A DNA stretch of 63,909 nt, counting the filler, from Vicugna vicugna (lineage: Eukaryota): assembly GCA_013265495.1 (NCBI GenBank). It is 77 parts of 76 records of this genome, joined end to end, with 100 filler letters (N's around TTAATTAATTAA, not from the genome) between each part and the next. Parts side by side here need not be neighbours in the genome. Positions count along the whole stretch, not along the records: positions 12,690 to 13,363 come from PNXW01011360.1; positions 13,464 to 13,903 come from PNXW01011361.1; positions 14,004 to 15,079 come from MU059834.1; positions 15,180 to 15,981 come from PNXW01011380.1; positions 16,082 to 16,561 come from PNXW01011381.1; positions 16,662 to 17,422 come from PNXW01011382.1; positions 17,523 to 18,312 come from PNXW01011386.1; positions 18,413 to 18,697 come from MU059840.1; 69 more parts are not named here. One strand, given 5' to 3'. The notes below the pieces were generated by a model. It saw only the letters and a list, made by a program, of their open reading frames with translations, did not search any database and was not told where the DNA came from. Below are positions 12,690 to 23,544 of the stretch, piece after piece (position 1 is the stretch's first letter; every line of letters starts with the position of its first letter). Made by a program: the position numbers and the translations under genes.

Positions 12690-13363
12690 CTAAGCTCGTC
12701 TCCCCTGGGTTTTTTCCTAATGTCTGTGTGCCAGATAATGCTAGGAGGGTTTGCAGGCAATCCAAGTGACAGAGGCTGATTCCCCAAATTCAGGGAAGTT
12801 ATTTCTCGGACTTCCCCGTTCAGGGAACCCCTGTGAAGGAAGACAGCTCCGTGGAGTTGCCTCTCGAGCTCCCCACGCACTGACAATTGTTCCGTACTCC
12901 TGAGCGTGGGGAGGATCCACCAAAGTTCGGCAGCGCGTGGGTTCTAACGGAATGCCTAAGCTCGACTCCCCTGAGTTTTTTCCTAATGTCTCTGTGCCAG
13001 GGAATGCTAGGGGGGTTTGCAGGATAATGTCTCTGTGCCAGGGATTGCTAGGGGGGTTTGCAGGCAATCCCAGTGACACAGGTAGCTTCCCCAAGCTCAG
13101 GGAAGGTATTTCCCAAATTCCCCCTAACAGTGAACACCTGTGACTGAAGAGAGCTGCGTGGAGTTGTCTCTCGAGCTCCCCACGCACTGAATTTTGTTCC
13201 GGAATCCTGACCGTGGGGAAGATCCACCAACGTTCGGCAGCGCGTGGGTTCTAACGGATTGCCTTAGCTCGTCTCCCCTGGGTTTTATCCTAATATCTCT
13301 ATGCCAGGGATTGCTAACGGGGTTTGCAGGCAATCCCAGTGACAGAGGCTGCCTCCCCAAGTT
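12690..13363 (-). repeat. Satellite family A
   Basis: Reverse complement of A, with a 41-bp internal tandem duplication (TAATGTCTCTGTGCCAGGGA at 12984 and 13025). Confidence 0.95.
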
Positions 13364-13463
13364 NNNNNNNNNNNNNNNNNNNNNNNNNNNNNNNNNNNNN
13401 NNNNNNNTTAATTAATTAANNNNNNNNNNNNNNNNNNNNNNNNNNNNNNNNNNNNNNNNNNNN

Positions 13464-13800
13464 GCCAGGACACAGACCATATCCTGAATGGCCAAATGCT
13501 GCCACTTATGGTAGCCTTTGCCCCATGACCACCACTTCTAATAATGGCAGAGTTAGAGAATTCCACAGACCGGCAAATCTTAAAAGAATTCAGCAGTTCA
13601 AAACTTCTTCTAAAACGAAGTTTGGGAATACTCCCCTGAATAGAAAAGCAGCAAGATGAAATGGAAAGTAGAAAACCATTATTGGAAATGCAAGAAGAGC
13701 ATGAGTGGCAAAGAAGAAACAAGAAGAAGGCAAGGAGGATATCAAAACCCAAATGGTGGGAGAGGGAAGCAGGAAATCATAGGTGATTGGAAACATTCTC
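13464..13800 (+). mobile_element. Highly decayed LINE-1 ORF1 C-terminal/inter-ORF fragment, paralogous to 51897-52050
   Basis: GCCAGGACACAGACCAT...CTTAAAAGAATTCAGCAGTTCAAAACTT matches the reverse complement of about 51900-52050. The layout parallels the ORF1 end at 15800-15960. Confidence 0.55.
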
Positions 13801-14003
13801 TTAAGTGAATCAGCTTATTTGACTCTGTGTTTGAAGCGAAACGAGACGAGAGATGCACGGCCTGACGTGTTTGCAAAACAAACAAGAAGCAGACCAACAA
13901 AAANNNNNNNNNNNNNNNNNNNNNNNNNNNNNNNNNNNNNNNNNNNNTTAATTAATTAANNNNNNNNNNNNNNNNNNNNNNNNNNNNNNNNNNNNNNNNN
14001 NNN

Positions 14004-15079
14004 ACCCTATAGATATTCAATTAGAATAGATTCCATCAACATGATATTACGTGCTCCGTACATGCTTCATCCATGACGGACTTGACAAACATGCATTCCT
14101 GATTTGAGAGCATGTGGATTACGGATCTTTCATCTACTATAAATGGAATATTTTCATCTAAACTCGTGGACTCATTTTCACAAGCTCTCCCAAAAAGAAG
14201 TTACAAATTCGTTCATTTTTCACAGAAAAATACTTCTGGANNNNNNNNNNNNNNNNNNNNNNNNNNNNNNNNNNNNNNNNNNNNNNNNNNNNNNNNNNNN
14301 NNNNNNNNNNNNNNNNNNNNNNNNNNNNNNNNNNNNNNNNNNNNNNNNNNNNNNNNNNNNNNNNNNNNNNNNNNNNNNNNNNNNNNNNNNNNNNNNNNNN
14401 NNNNNNNNNNNNNNNNNNNNNNNNNNNNNNNNNNNNNNNNNNNNNNNNNNNNNNNNNNNNNNNNNNNNNNNNNNNNNNNNNNNNNNNNNNNNNNNNNNNN
14501 NNNNNNNNNNNNNNNNNNNNNNNNNNNNNNNNNNNNNNNNNNNNNNNNNNNNNNNNNNNNNNNNNNNNNNNNNNNNNNNNNNNNNNNNNNNNNNNNNNNN
14601 NNNNNNNNNNNNNNNNNNNNNNNNNNNNNNNNNNNNNNNNNNNNNNNNNNNNNNNNNNCACCAAACAAGTTACCTATGCACTTTGAAATATTTACTTTGA
14701 CTTCGTAGCTTCTTCCTTTCACCAGTTTCAAGAATCACACTTTGATCCCAGAAAAACCCTCTTGGAGTGAATACTACCCTTGATATATGTAATTTGACTA
14801 AATTCCATCAACATGAAATTCCGTGTTCCGTACAAGCTTCATGCATGACGGATTTGACAAACATGCATTCCTGAGTTGATAGCATTTGGATTACTGATCT
14901 TTCATCCTCTATAAAAGGAATAATTTCATCTAGACATTGTACTCATTTTCACAAGCTTTCCATAACACCAGTTTCGAATTCGTTCATTTTTCACAGAAAA
15001 ATACTTCTGGGGCGATTTCCACGTAAGAGATACGTAATTTACATGAATTCAATCCACATGGCATTCCGGGTTCCGTACA
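14004..15079 (+). repeat. Satellite family B
   Basis: CCGTGTTCCGTAC, TTTTTCACAGAAAAATACTTCTGG and CTATGCACTTTGAAATATTTAC motifs. Confidence 0.92.
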
Positions 15080-15179
15080 NNNNNNNNNNNNNNNNNNNNN
15101 NNNNNNNNNNNNNNNNNNNNNNNTTAATTAATTAANNNNNNNNNNNNNNNNNNNNNNNNNNNNNNNNNNNNNNNNNNNN

Positions 15180-15981
15180 CCTGAAAGAACGATCAGTGAA
15201 ACAGACATTTATATCCAACGAGATAAATATTCCAAAAACGGAGTGATCAAAGTACTGAAGTAAATAAAAGTGATAGTGTTTAGAGATACAAAATATGTCA
15301 AAAATGAAATAGAATCTATAAAGAAGAGATGAGTAAAATAGGTAAACCCGTTGACTGAGATGAGGAATGATTTAAAGGTGTAGCAAAGCTGACTAGATAA
15401 TGCAGAGGAATGGATTAGTGACTTAGAAGACAGAACAATAGGAAGGACCCAATCAGAAGAGCTATAAGAGAAACAAAGAGAAACAAACAAGATAAGCAAA
15501 AGGGACCTATGGGATAAATTATAGCATGCCAATCTTGTCATGATAGAAGTCCCAGAATGGGAAGAGTGATCAAAGGGGATTGCAAAGGTTTTTGTAGAAA
15601 TCACAACTGAGAACTTAGAAGCTCAGAGTGTCCCAAACAGGAAGAACACAAGTACACCCACACCAAGACATACAATTAAAATGGCCAGAATAAAGGATAA
15701 ATGTATGATCCTAAAGACAGCAAGAGAATAGTAAAGTCTGTGTTACAATGGAATCCCCATAAGCCTACCAGCTGATTTCTCTACACAAGTACTACAGCCC
15801 AGGAGGGAGTGACAAGATATATTCAAAGTCCTGAATGAAAAAAAATTATATACTGTAGGATAGTTTGACCAGCAATACTATACTCTTTGGTAGAAGTAGA
15901 AATATAGGATTTCACAGACAAGAAAAAGTTTCAAGTGTTAGCAACATTAGACCCATGATATAAGAATTATTGAAAGGCCTT
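15180..15981 (+). mobile_element. LINE-1 ORF1 fragment (disabled)
   Basis: Translates to LDNAEEWISDLEDR and TPTPRHTIKMARIKDK, matching L1 ORF1p coiled-coil/RRM motifs. Contains in-frame stops. Confidence 0.9.
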
Positions 15982-17096
15982 NNNNNNNNNNNNNNNNNNN
16001 NNNNNNNNNNNNNNNNNNNNNNNNNTTAATTAATTAANNNNNNNNNNNNNNNNNNNNNNNNNNNNNNNNNNNNNNNNNNNNTGGTGGTTTTTGTGAATTG
16101 CAGAGGCAGGGGTGAGGAGCAAGTTGAAGAAGGTGAGATGTGAGCTGGACCGTGACCTGGTGGGGAATGTTTGATGGGAAAGGCCTTCTAGAATCAGGAT
16201 GACTGTGGGTGAGTGGCCTGAGGGGAGACTGAAGACGGAGGGGAACTGAGCAGCTGGAGCCGGAGAGCAGGCCTGGGAAGGCAGGAGGGACAACCCTTCA
16301 TCTGTGTCTGAAGAAAGGGAGGCAAAGATAACACTCAGCTCAGGAGGCAAAGAAGAGGACGATTACGCTTGGTGGTTTCTATTTATTACATGAAGTTCCA
16401 GGTCTGCTGCCGAGAGGATGATCTAGACTCAGGAGTAGTCAACTATGAAGAGCCGGTACTGAAGTGGCAGGAGACTAAGCAGGGAGAGGTGGAAGGGCTG
16501 CCCGCAGCTCTGGGTCTGCAGCACCAGTGCAGGCTGGGTCCGTGTCAGTGGTGGTGACAGCNNNNNNNNNNNNNNNNNNNNNNNNNNNNNNNNNNNNNNN
16601 NNNNNTTAATTAATTAANNNNNNNNNNNNNNNNNNNNNNNNNNNNNNNNNNNNNNNNNNNNATTGGTCATCTTAAACTGCAAACACTACAGAAATGTTGA
16701 AAAGAAAAACTTGTGTACCCAATGACCCACTATTATCTATAAATTTGGTTGCTATTTAGTTCCTCTATCAATACCACAGAACCGATACTGCCTAGGAAGG
16801 AGATACATCGATGCTTAAATGGAAATGAAATCTGTATCTTTTTCCTAAACTCCATGGCTTCCTTAACATCCCATTCCCCTTGGAATATAGGGGAGTCAGG
16901 TATAAAAAATGAGAAACAGTTTGAGAAAATCCCAGATCAGAATTACACAGCACAACCTCAGCTCAGAAGTATACAGCCGTAAAAATGTTTAGAAGCAAAA
17001 CTCCGTAACTACTCTTAAAGAATTTTGCAAACCTGGGCCTACCCAGATGTTTCCAAACTGGAGAGGTACTCCAATCACTTGACCGGTACGGGAACC

Positions 17097-17232
17097 AGAG
17101 GCTGGTCAGCCTTTTCTGTAAAAGCCAGAGAGTAAATATTTTCAGTTTTGCAGATAATTTTGTTATAACCATGCAGGTCTGCAATAAGAAAGCTAAGAGC
17201 ACTGGGTGACAGGAAATAAATGGGCATGCCTA
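17097..17232 (+). mobile_element. MER58-like hAT-Charlie DNA transposon fragment
   Basis: TTTTCTGTAAAAGCCAGAGAGTAAATATTTTCAGTTTTGCAG...AAATGGGCATG resembles the MER58A consensus. Confidence 0.75.
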
Positions 17233-17693
17233 CACCCTCCCTTCCACTCAGGGCAGATTCTCTGCGGTGGAGAGCTTTGCCACAATGACTTGTTTCTTTG
17301 TTTCCATTGGTTTCTTTGTTTCCACCTTACTGCTCAAGCTCAGAACTTCAAGTGAGCAAGCCTTGTGCTTCAGCATTCATGCAGAGAGAAGGCTGAGTGG
17401 GGGTGGGGACCCCACCTGACAGNNNNNNNNNNNNNNNNNNNNNNNNNNNNNNNNNNNNNNNNNNNNTTAATTAATTAANNNNNNNNNNNNNNNNNNNNNN
17501 NNNNNNNNNNNNNNNNNNNNNNATAAGAAGGCAAAACTGAGAGTGAAGAGGCAATGGAGATTCAATAATTAAATGAAAAAAGGGGTAGATAAAGTATTAA
17601 AATGGATTCCATGAAGTCAGGGCAAGTGTTAAAGTCCGACTAGAAATTCAACTGTAAGATTCCTGGCAGCTAAAGCAAAAAGAAAAAGATGAT

Positions 17694-17825
17694 GGGGCGG
17701 GTGGTAGAGCGTGTGCTTAGCGAGCTTGGGGTCCTGGGTTTAAGCCCCAGGGCCTCCACTAACAGATAAATACACCTAATTACCTACCCGCAAAAAAGAG
17801 CCCCAAAGAAAACAAAAAGAGAAAT
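17694..17825 (+). mobile_element. Vic-1-like camelid tRNA-derived SINE (diverged, head partly deleted)
   Basis: GTGGTAGAGCGTGTGCTTAGC...GGTCCTGGGTTTAAGCCCCAG..CCTCCA...ACCTAATTACCT with an A-rich tail. Homologous to 51462-51584. Confidence 0.75.
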
Positions 17826-17907
17826 TTCTTTTCCAAAAATCCTTGATATTAAATTTGGATTAAACACTTGAAAAAATAAAAAGAAAAATAGAAAAGATAA
17901 GTGACAC

Positions 17908-18312
17908 TGTGATGGAAAAGCCCAACTGGACTAACAAGCTAAGTCAGAAATATAAGTGTGATAAGTGTCGGTTTACTGATCTAAGTTTTTCTGGGCTACC
18001 TGGTAAACCTGAAGTTTAGTGTCAGTTTACTGGGCTAATAAGCTAACTCCTAAATCCAAGATCAACAATTGTCATTAACGAGATCTGTTCCAAATTGATA
18101 AGCTTCAGTGTACTGATTCCTTGCTTTTTGCTCTTTGAGTCTTATTGGCTAATAGCCCCGTACTTGTAATTAACCCTATAAAACCTCATGTGCAGGACTT
18201 GGAGGTGCTCAGAGCCACAGAACAGAACCCACTCTGCACCTGCAGGCGTAATAAATCTCAGTACTCGCACCCTCTGTGTGGTGCTTGTTTCTTGGCTGGC
18301 CTGTTGTTTCTG
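17908..18312 (+). mobile_element. Retroviral LTR (probably ERV1), 3'-truncated by the scaffold end
   Basis: Starts with TGTGATGG at 17908. TATAAAA at 18177, AATAAA at 18250, then a GT-rich U5-like tract. Confidence 0.65.
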
Positions 18313-19544
18313 NNNNNNNNNNNNNNNNNNNNNNNNNNNNNNNNNNNNNNNNNNNNTTAATTAATTAANNNNNNNNNNNNNNNNNNNNNNNNNNNNNNNN
18401 NNNNNNNNNNNNTTTTTTTTTTTTGCCTTGTGGGATATTGCGTTCATAGTGGGAGAAACTCTTACAACAGTGTTTACACTTGGAATTAACATAGTAGCTA
18501 TGTTAAGAAATTCAAAACAGCTTAAGTGAAAACACTGTGAATTGTGTATATAAATATATACATATTTAGAGTGTTAACTAATGTGTCCGTGGCTTTGATT
18601 AGGGTCTCAAAACTGTTCACAGTTTTGCAGACTTAACTTTCCTTTATTGTATCTGCAGAGCTCCCAAGGACCAGACTGACTATGGGAACAACCTAGCNNN
18701 NNNNNNNNNNNNNNNNNNNNNNNNNNNNNNNNNNNNNNNNNTTAATTAATTAANNNNNNNNNNNNNNNNNNNNNNNNNNNNNNNNNNNNNNNNNNNNCAC
18801 ACACACACACATCAGGCTACTTCCCATTGCTGAGGGAGAAGGACCACTTTTTCTCAGTTTTCATTTACTGAGAGTGAGAGCAAAGTCTCTTAAGCAAAAT
18901 TTCGCCTGGCTTCGTGCATGGTTTTTTAAATTGGATTTCTGCTTTGTGTCCATAGAAATATTCTCCTATTAGAAGAGAGGAAGTGGAGACATAGATATTC
19001 TGCTGAGATATTGGTGTTATCATATTTGAGTATTAAACGACTTTAGACAGCATAGAATTGTAACTTTTTATGGGTGAGAATCCATGATGGTGTAACTTGG
19101 AAAATAACCTATGTCTCCTGCCTTCATGTCCATGCGGGTGAAGAGGCAACTGGGTGCGGGATGGCAGGAATCCTTCTTGCTTGATTTCCAGGGTCTTGTT
19201 AGTTTTCATTGCTCAGCTGCCTTTAGTTTATGTCCATGTGGCCTCTCATGGGAAGGTCACTATGTCCTGATAGACTGAGTTACTAATCAGCAAAAAGCTC
19301 TGAAGCTCTGGACCCACTCATATTTTCCAGAGTTTTTCTGCTGACCTGCTGACACTATATATAAATGAGACCTAACAAACTGCTGGATATAAAATCTTTA
19401 TTGTTATCATTTGCCCTCATGTTCCATAGGAATGGGGTGCTGTCTCAGGCTGTCTAAGGCTAGATCTGAATAAAAATAGGGTGATAGACTGTGCTGCTGG
19501 ACCCTCCCCAGTCGAATGGGATTTCAACCTTAGTTTTTAGTATC

Positions 19545-19660
19545 ATGCATATGAGTTCAAATCTTGTCTTTACCAGTTATTAGCTTTATGACCTTTAGGA
19601 AGTAACTTTACTGTATTGGGATCCAATTTTCTTTATCTGTAAATAAGTTCAGTATTTATT
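19545..19660 (+). mobile_element. MIR SINE fragment
   Basis: GAGTTCAAATCTTGTCTTTACCAGTTATTAGCTTTATGACCTT...TTTATCTGTAAA resembles the MIR core. Confidence 0.7.
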
Positions 19661-20316
19661 TTAGGGNNNNNNNNNNNNNNNNNNNNNNNNNNNNNNNNNN
19701 NNNNNNNNNNTTAATTAATTAANNNNNNNNNNNNNNNNNNNNNNNNNNNNNNNNNNNNNNNNNNNNAGATCTGCCTGTAATCAGCTGACTGGTGAGGCTC
19801 CGAGGTACTTTAAGAATTCCCCACTCCTGTTGAAGTCGACTTTATGGGAGACATGAAGAGAAGCTGGCCGAAAACTTGGCTGCACGGATTGAGGAGAGAT
19901 GCGAACACATTGATGAGAGATGTTCTGCTACAATGGAGAATACTGGCCTGGAGACAGCTGTAGAGGAATACCAGGTTTGAAAGACATTCATGAGAATTTT
20001 TGAACATCGCTGAAACTTGCAGAAACATACAGTGTGCCAACGTGGACTTAAGAATGTTCCTCAATTCTCTGCTCCAAGAACGGATCCAAGATCCCTGACA
20101 TCTAAAAGAGAAGAGATGGCTGAGATGATCAAAACAATCATGTTCTTGGAAGAGGACGTGAGAATCCACATGTCCCAAGGGGCATTTCCAAGCTATTAAG
20201 ACCAAAATGCACCATGNNNNNNNNNNNNNNNNNNNNNNNNNNNNNNNNNNNNNNNNNNNNTTAATTAATTAANNNNNNNNNNNNNNNNNNNNNNNNNNNN
20301 NNNNNNNNNNNNNNNN

Positions 20317-20920
20317 GATGTTTCAACCACCAAACAAGTTACCTATGCACTATGAAAGATTCATTTTGACTTCGTAGTTTTTGACTATCACCAGTTTCAA
20401 AAATCACACTTTGATCCCAGAAAAACCCTCTTGGAGCGAATTCTACCCTAGAGATATGTAATGTGAATAGATTCCATCTACATGATATTCCGTGTCCCGT
20501 ACATGCTACATACATGACGGATTTGAGAAACATGCATTTCTGAATTGAGAGCATGTGGATTACTATTCTTTCATCCTCTATAAAAGGAATATTTTCATCT
20601 AGACACGTGTACACATTTTCACATTACATANNNNNNNNNNNNNNCCTAACACCAGGTTCGAATTCGTGCATTTTTCACAGAAAAATAGTTCTGGAGCGAT
20701 TTCCAACTAACAGATATGTAATTTACATGTATTCCAAAAACATGGCATTCCGGGTTCCGTACATCCTTCATGTATGACTGAATTGGCAATCATGCGTTTC
20801 TGACTTGTGATCATGTGGATTAAAGACCTTTCACCCTCTGAACAAGGCGTATATAGACTTACAAATATTTACTCAGACTTCATAGGTTTTTCCTATCACG
20901 AGGTTCTAAAATCGGACATT
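20317..20920 (+). repeat. Satellite family B
   Basis: Colinear with 27370-27858 and continuing into the next subunit. Confidence 0.93.
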
Positions 20921-21020
20921 NNNNNNNNNNNNNNNNNNNNNNNNNNNNNNNNNNNNNNNNNNNNTTAATTAATTAANNNNNNNNNNNNNNNNNNNNNNNN
21001 NNNNNNNNNNNNNNNNNNNN

Positions 21021-21543
21021 CTAAATTCTGTGTTCTGCATTCCATTTCTAAATTCTGGGTTCTATGTCTTCTTTTATATATTCTATGTTTTCTGTTCTTC
21101 ATTCTATATTCTACATTCTATATTCTGCATTCCATATTCTATATTCTATATTCTGTGTTCTACATTCTATATTCTAAATACTATCTTCAGAATTCTGTAT
21201 TCCATATTGTGAATTCTGTGTTCTGCATTCCATGTTCTACATTCTGGGTTCTATATTTTCTTTTCTATATTCTATATTGTGTGTTCTCATTCTATATTCT
21301 ACATTCTATATTCTGCATTGCGTATTCTATATTCTATATTCTGTTTTCTACATTCTATAAGCTAAATTCTATATTCAGTATTCTCTAATCTATATTCTAA
21401 ATTCTGTGTTCTTCATTCCATGTTCTAATTTCTTATTCAGTATTATGTATACTATATTCTTAATTCTGTGTTCTGCGTTCTGTATTCTAGTATTCTAAAT
21501 ACTATATTCAGTAATCTGTATTCTATATTCAAAATTCTGTATT
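21021..21543. repeat. Satellite family C, heptamer (TTCTATA)n and variants
   Basis: Tandem TTCTATA/TTCTGTA/TTCTAAA/TTCTGTG units. Confidence 0.95.
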
Positions 21544-21643
21544 NNNNNNNNNNNNNNNNNNNNNNNNNNNNNNNNNNNNNNNNNNNNTTAATTAATTAAN
21601 NNNNNNNNNNNNNNNNNNNNNNNNNNNNNNNNNNNNNNNNNNN

Positions 21644-22499
21644 GCAGCTGGGATCTATTTGGATCCATTCGATTGACTTCCCTGAGTACTTTCCTTGGCC
21701 GGGTTTTGAGCGAAGTTGTGGGTTGTGCTCTAAAACCGAGTATTAGCGAGTTCCTATCTTCTGGCAGTGGAGGTGGTTAAAGTATATCCCCAAGCTGGGA
21801 ACACCTGTGCCCCCTTAAATATGTGTGGACTCAGTCTCCCTCCTCCAGCACACACACGATATCTGGTTCAGATGTTTTGAGTGTGGCTAGGTTCCTCCAA
21901 CTAACAGCAGCGCCTGGGTTCTAACACAATACACTTACTTGTCTTCAATGATGGCTTGCCAAGGGCGGNNNNNNNNNNNNNNNNNNNNNNNNNNNNNNNN
22001 NNNNNNNNNNNNNNNNNNNNNNNNNNNNNNNNNNNNNNNNNNNNNNNNNNNNNNNNNNNNNNNNNNNNNNNNNNNNNNNNNNNNNNNNNNNNNNNNNNNN
22101 NNNNNNNNNNNNNNNNNNNNNNNNNNNNNNNNNNNNNNNNNNNNNNNNNNNNNNNNNNNNNNNNNNNNNNNNNNNNNNNNNNNNNNNNNNNNNNNNNNNN
22201 NNNNNNNNNNGATCCCTTAGATTCCCTGAGTGCTTTCCAAGGACGGGATGGGAGCGAAAGTGGGGGTTGTGCTCTAAAGCCAAATAATAGCGAGTGCCTC
22301 TCTATGGGCAGTGAAGGTGTTTAAATTACATTCCCTCCCTGGGAACACCTGTGCCCCCATAAAGTTGCGTGGATTATGTATCTCCAACAACAGCACAGAC
22401 ACAAATATTTGTTCAGGTATCCTGAGTGTGGGGAGTCTCCTCCAACGGACAGCTGCGCCTGCGTTCTAATAGAATAACTCAGCTTGACTTCCCTAAGTT
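21644..22499 (-). repeat. Satellite family D
   Basis: 21644-21712 is a close reverse complement of 36680-36750. Confidence 0.9.
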
Positions 22500-22599
22500 N
22501 NNNNNNNNNNNNNNNNNNNNNNNNNNNNNNNNNNNNNNNNNNNTTAATTAATTAANNNNNNNNNNNNNNNNNNNNNNNNNNNNNNNNNNNNNNNNNNNN

Positions 22600-23544
22600 G
22601 TGACTCCCTGATATGTTTTAGTCTTGTTGTCACCCTTCATTATATATAATGAATAATGGTCTTTTAGACCATTATTATAACTGCTTTTATTAAACTGATA
22701 GTAACATGATCTCAATCCCATTTAACCAAAAACAAAAGAATTTTTAAAGTAAAGACTAAAAAAAAAAAATTCTCTATTTTCCTGCCTCCCTCTCCCACTC
22801 TCAATGATTTGTATATCTTATTTTAAATTTTGTGCACATTTTATTTGTAATTCATGAGTTATCACATTTCCAGCTGAAGCATCCTGCTTCTTTTCTATTT
22901 AGAGTAGACTTTTCAATATTTCTTCTAGCATGGGTCTAGTGTTGCTAAACTCTTGAAGCATTTTCTTGTCTGTGAAATTCTTTATGTCTCCTTCTACCAA
23001 AAAGGATAGACTTGCTTATTAAAGTATCTTAGGGTATATCTTTTTTCACTCAGGCCTTTGAATATAGCTTTCAACTCCCTTCAGGCCTGTAGTATTTGTG
23101 TAGTGAAATTAGCTGTGAGACTTATGGGGACTCCCTTGTATCTCACTCTTTGCTATTTTCCTGCTGCCTTTAGGATCATTTCTTTATCCTTGGCTCTGGC
23201 CATCTTAATTATATGTCTTGGTGTGGGTGTATTTGTGTTCTTCCTGTTTGGGACACTCTGAGCTTCTTGTACTTGAGTATCTGATTCCTTCTTTATGTTT
23301 GGGAAGTTCTCAGTCATGAATTCTTCAAACAGCTTTGCAATCACCTTTGATCTTTCCTCCCCTTCTTGGACTTCTATCATGCCAAGATTGGCATGCTTTA
23401 TATTATCCCATAGATCTCATGTTTTTTTCATTTGTTTCTCATTGTTTCTCTTGTAGCTATTCTGATTCTGTGCTTTCTATTATCCTGTCTTCTAAGTCGC
23501 TAATTCTTTTCTCTGCATTGTCTAGTCAGCTTTGTGATGCTTTT
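22600..23544 (-). mobile_element. LINE-1 ORF1 and inter-ORF fragment (disabled)
   Basis: ORF 23153-23380 reads EEFMTENFPNIKKESDTQVQEAQSVPNRKN..TPRHIIKMA..KDKEMILKAA, the canonical L1 ORF1p RRM/CTD. Confidence 0.92.

Noticed and set aside
1233..13415. Recurrent peptides such as GRQPLSLGYPA and ELERQLHA as a multigene family
   Set aside because: They are translations of satellite A monomers, with frequent frameshifts and no splice or promoter context. Kept only as a low-interest finding.
16402..16455. Micro-exon VCCREDDLDSGVVNYEEP
   Set aside because: The pyrimidine tract and the GTACTG donor are weak, and it is too short to distinguish from chance.
18659..18697. Exon start after a strong-looking acceptor (also 40929-40979)
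   Set aside because: Fewer than 20 codons precede the scaffold end, so neither frame nor gene can be established.
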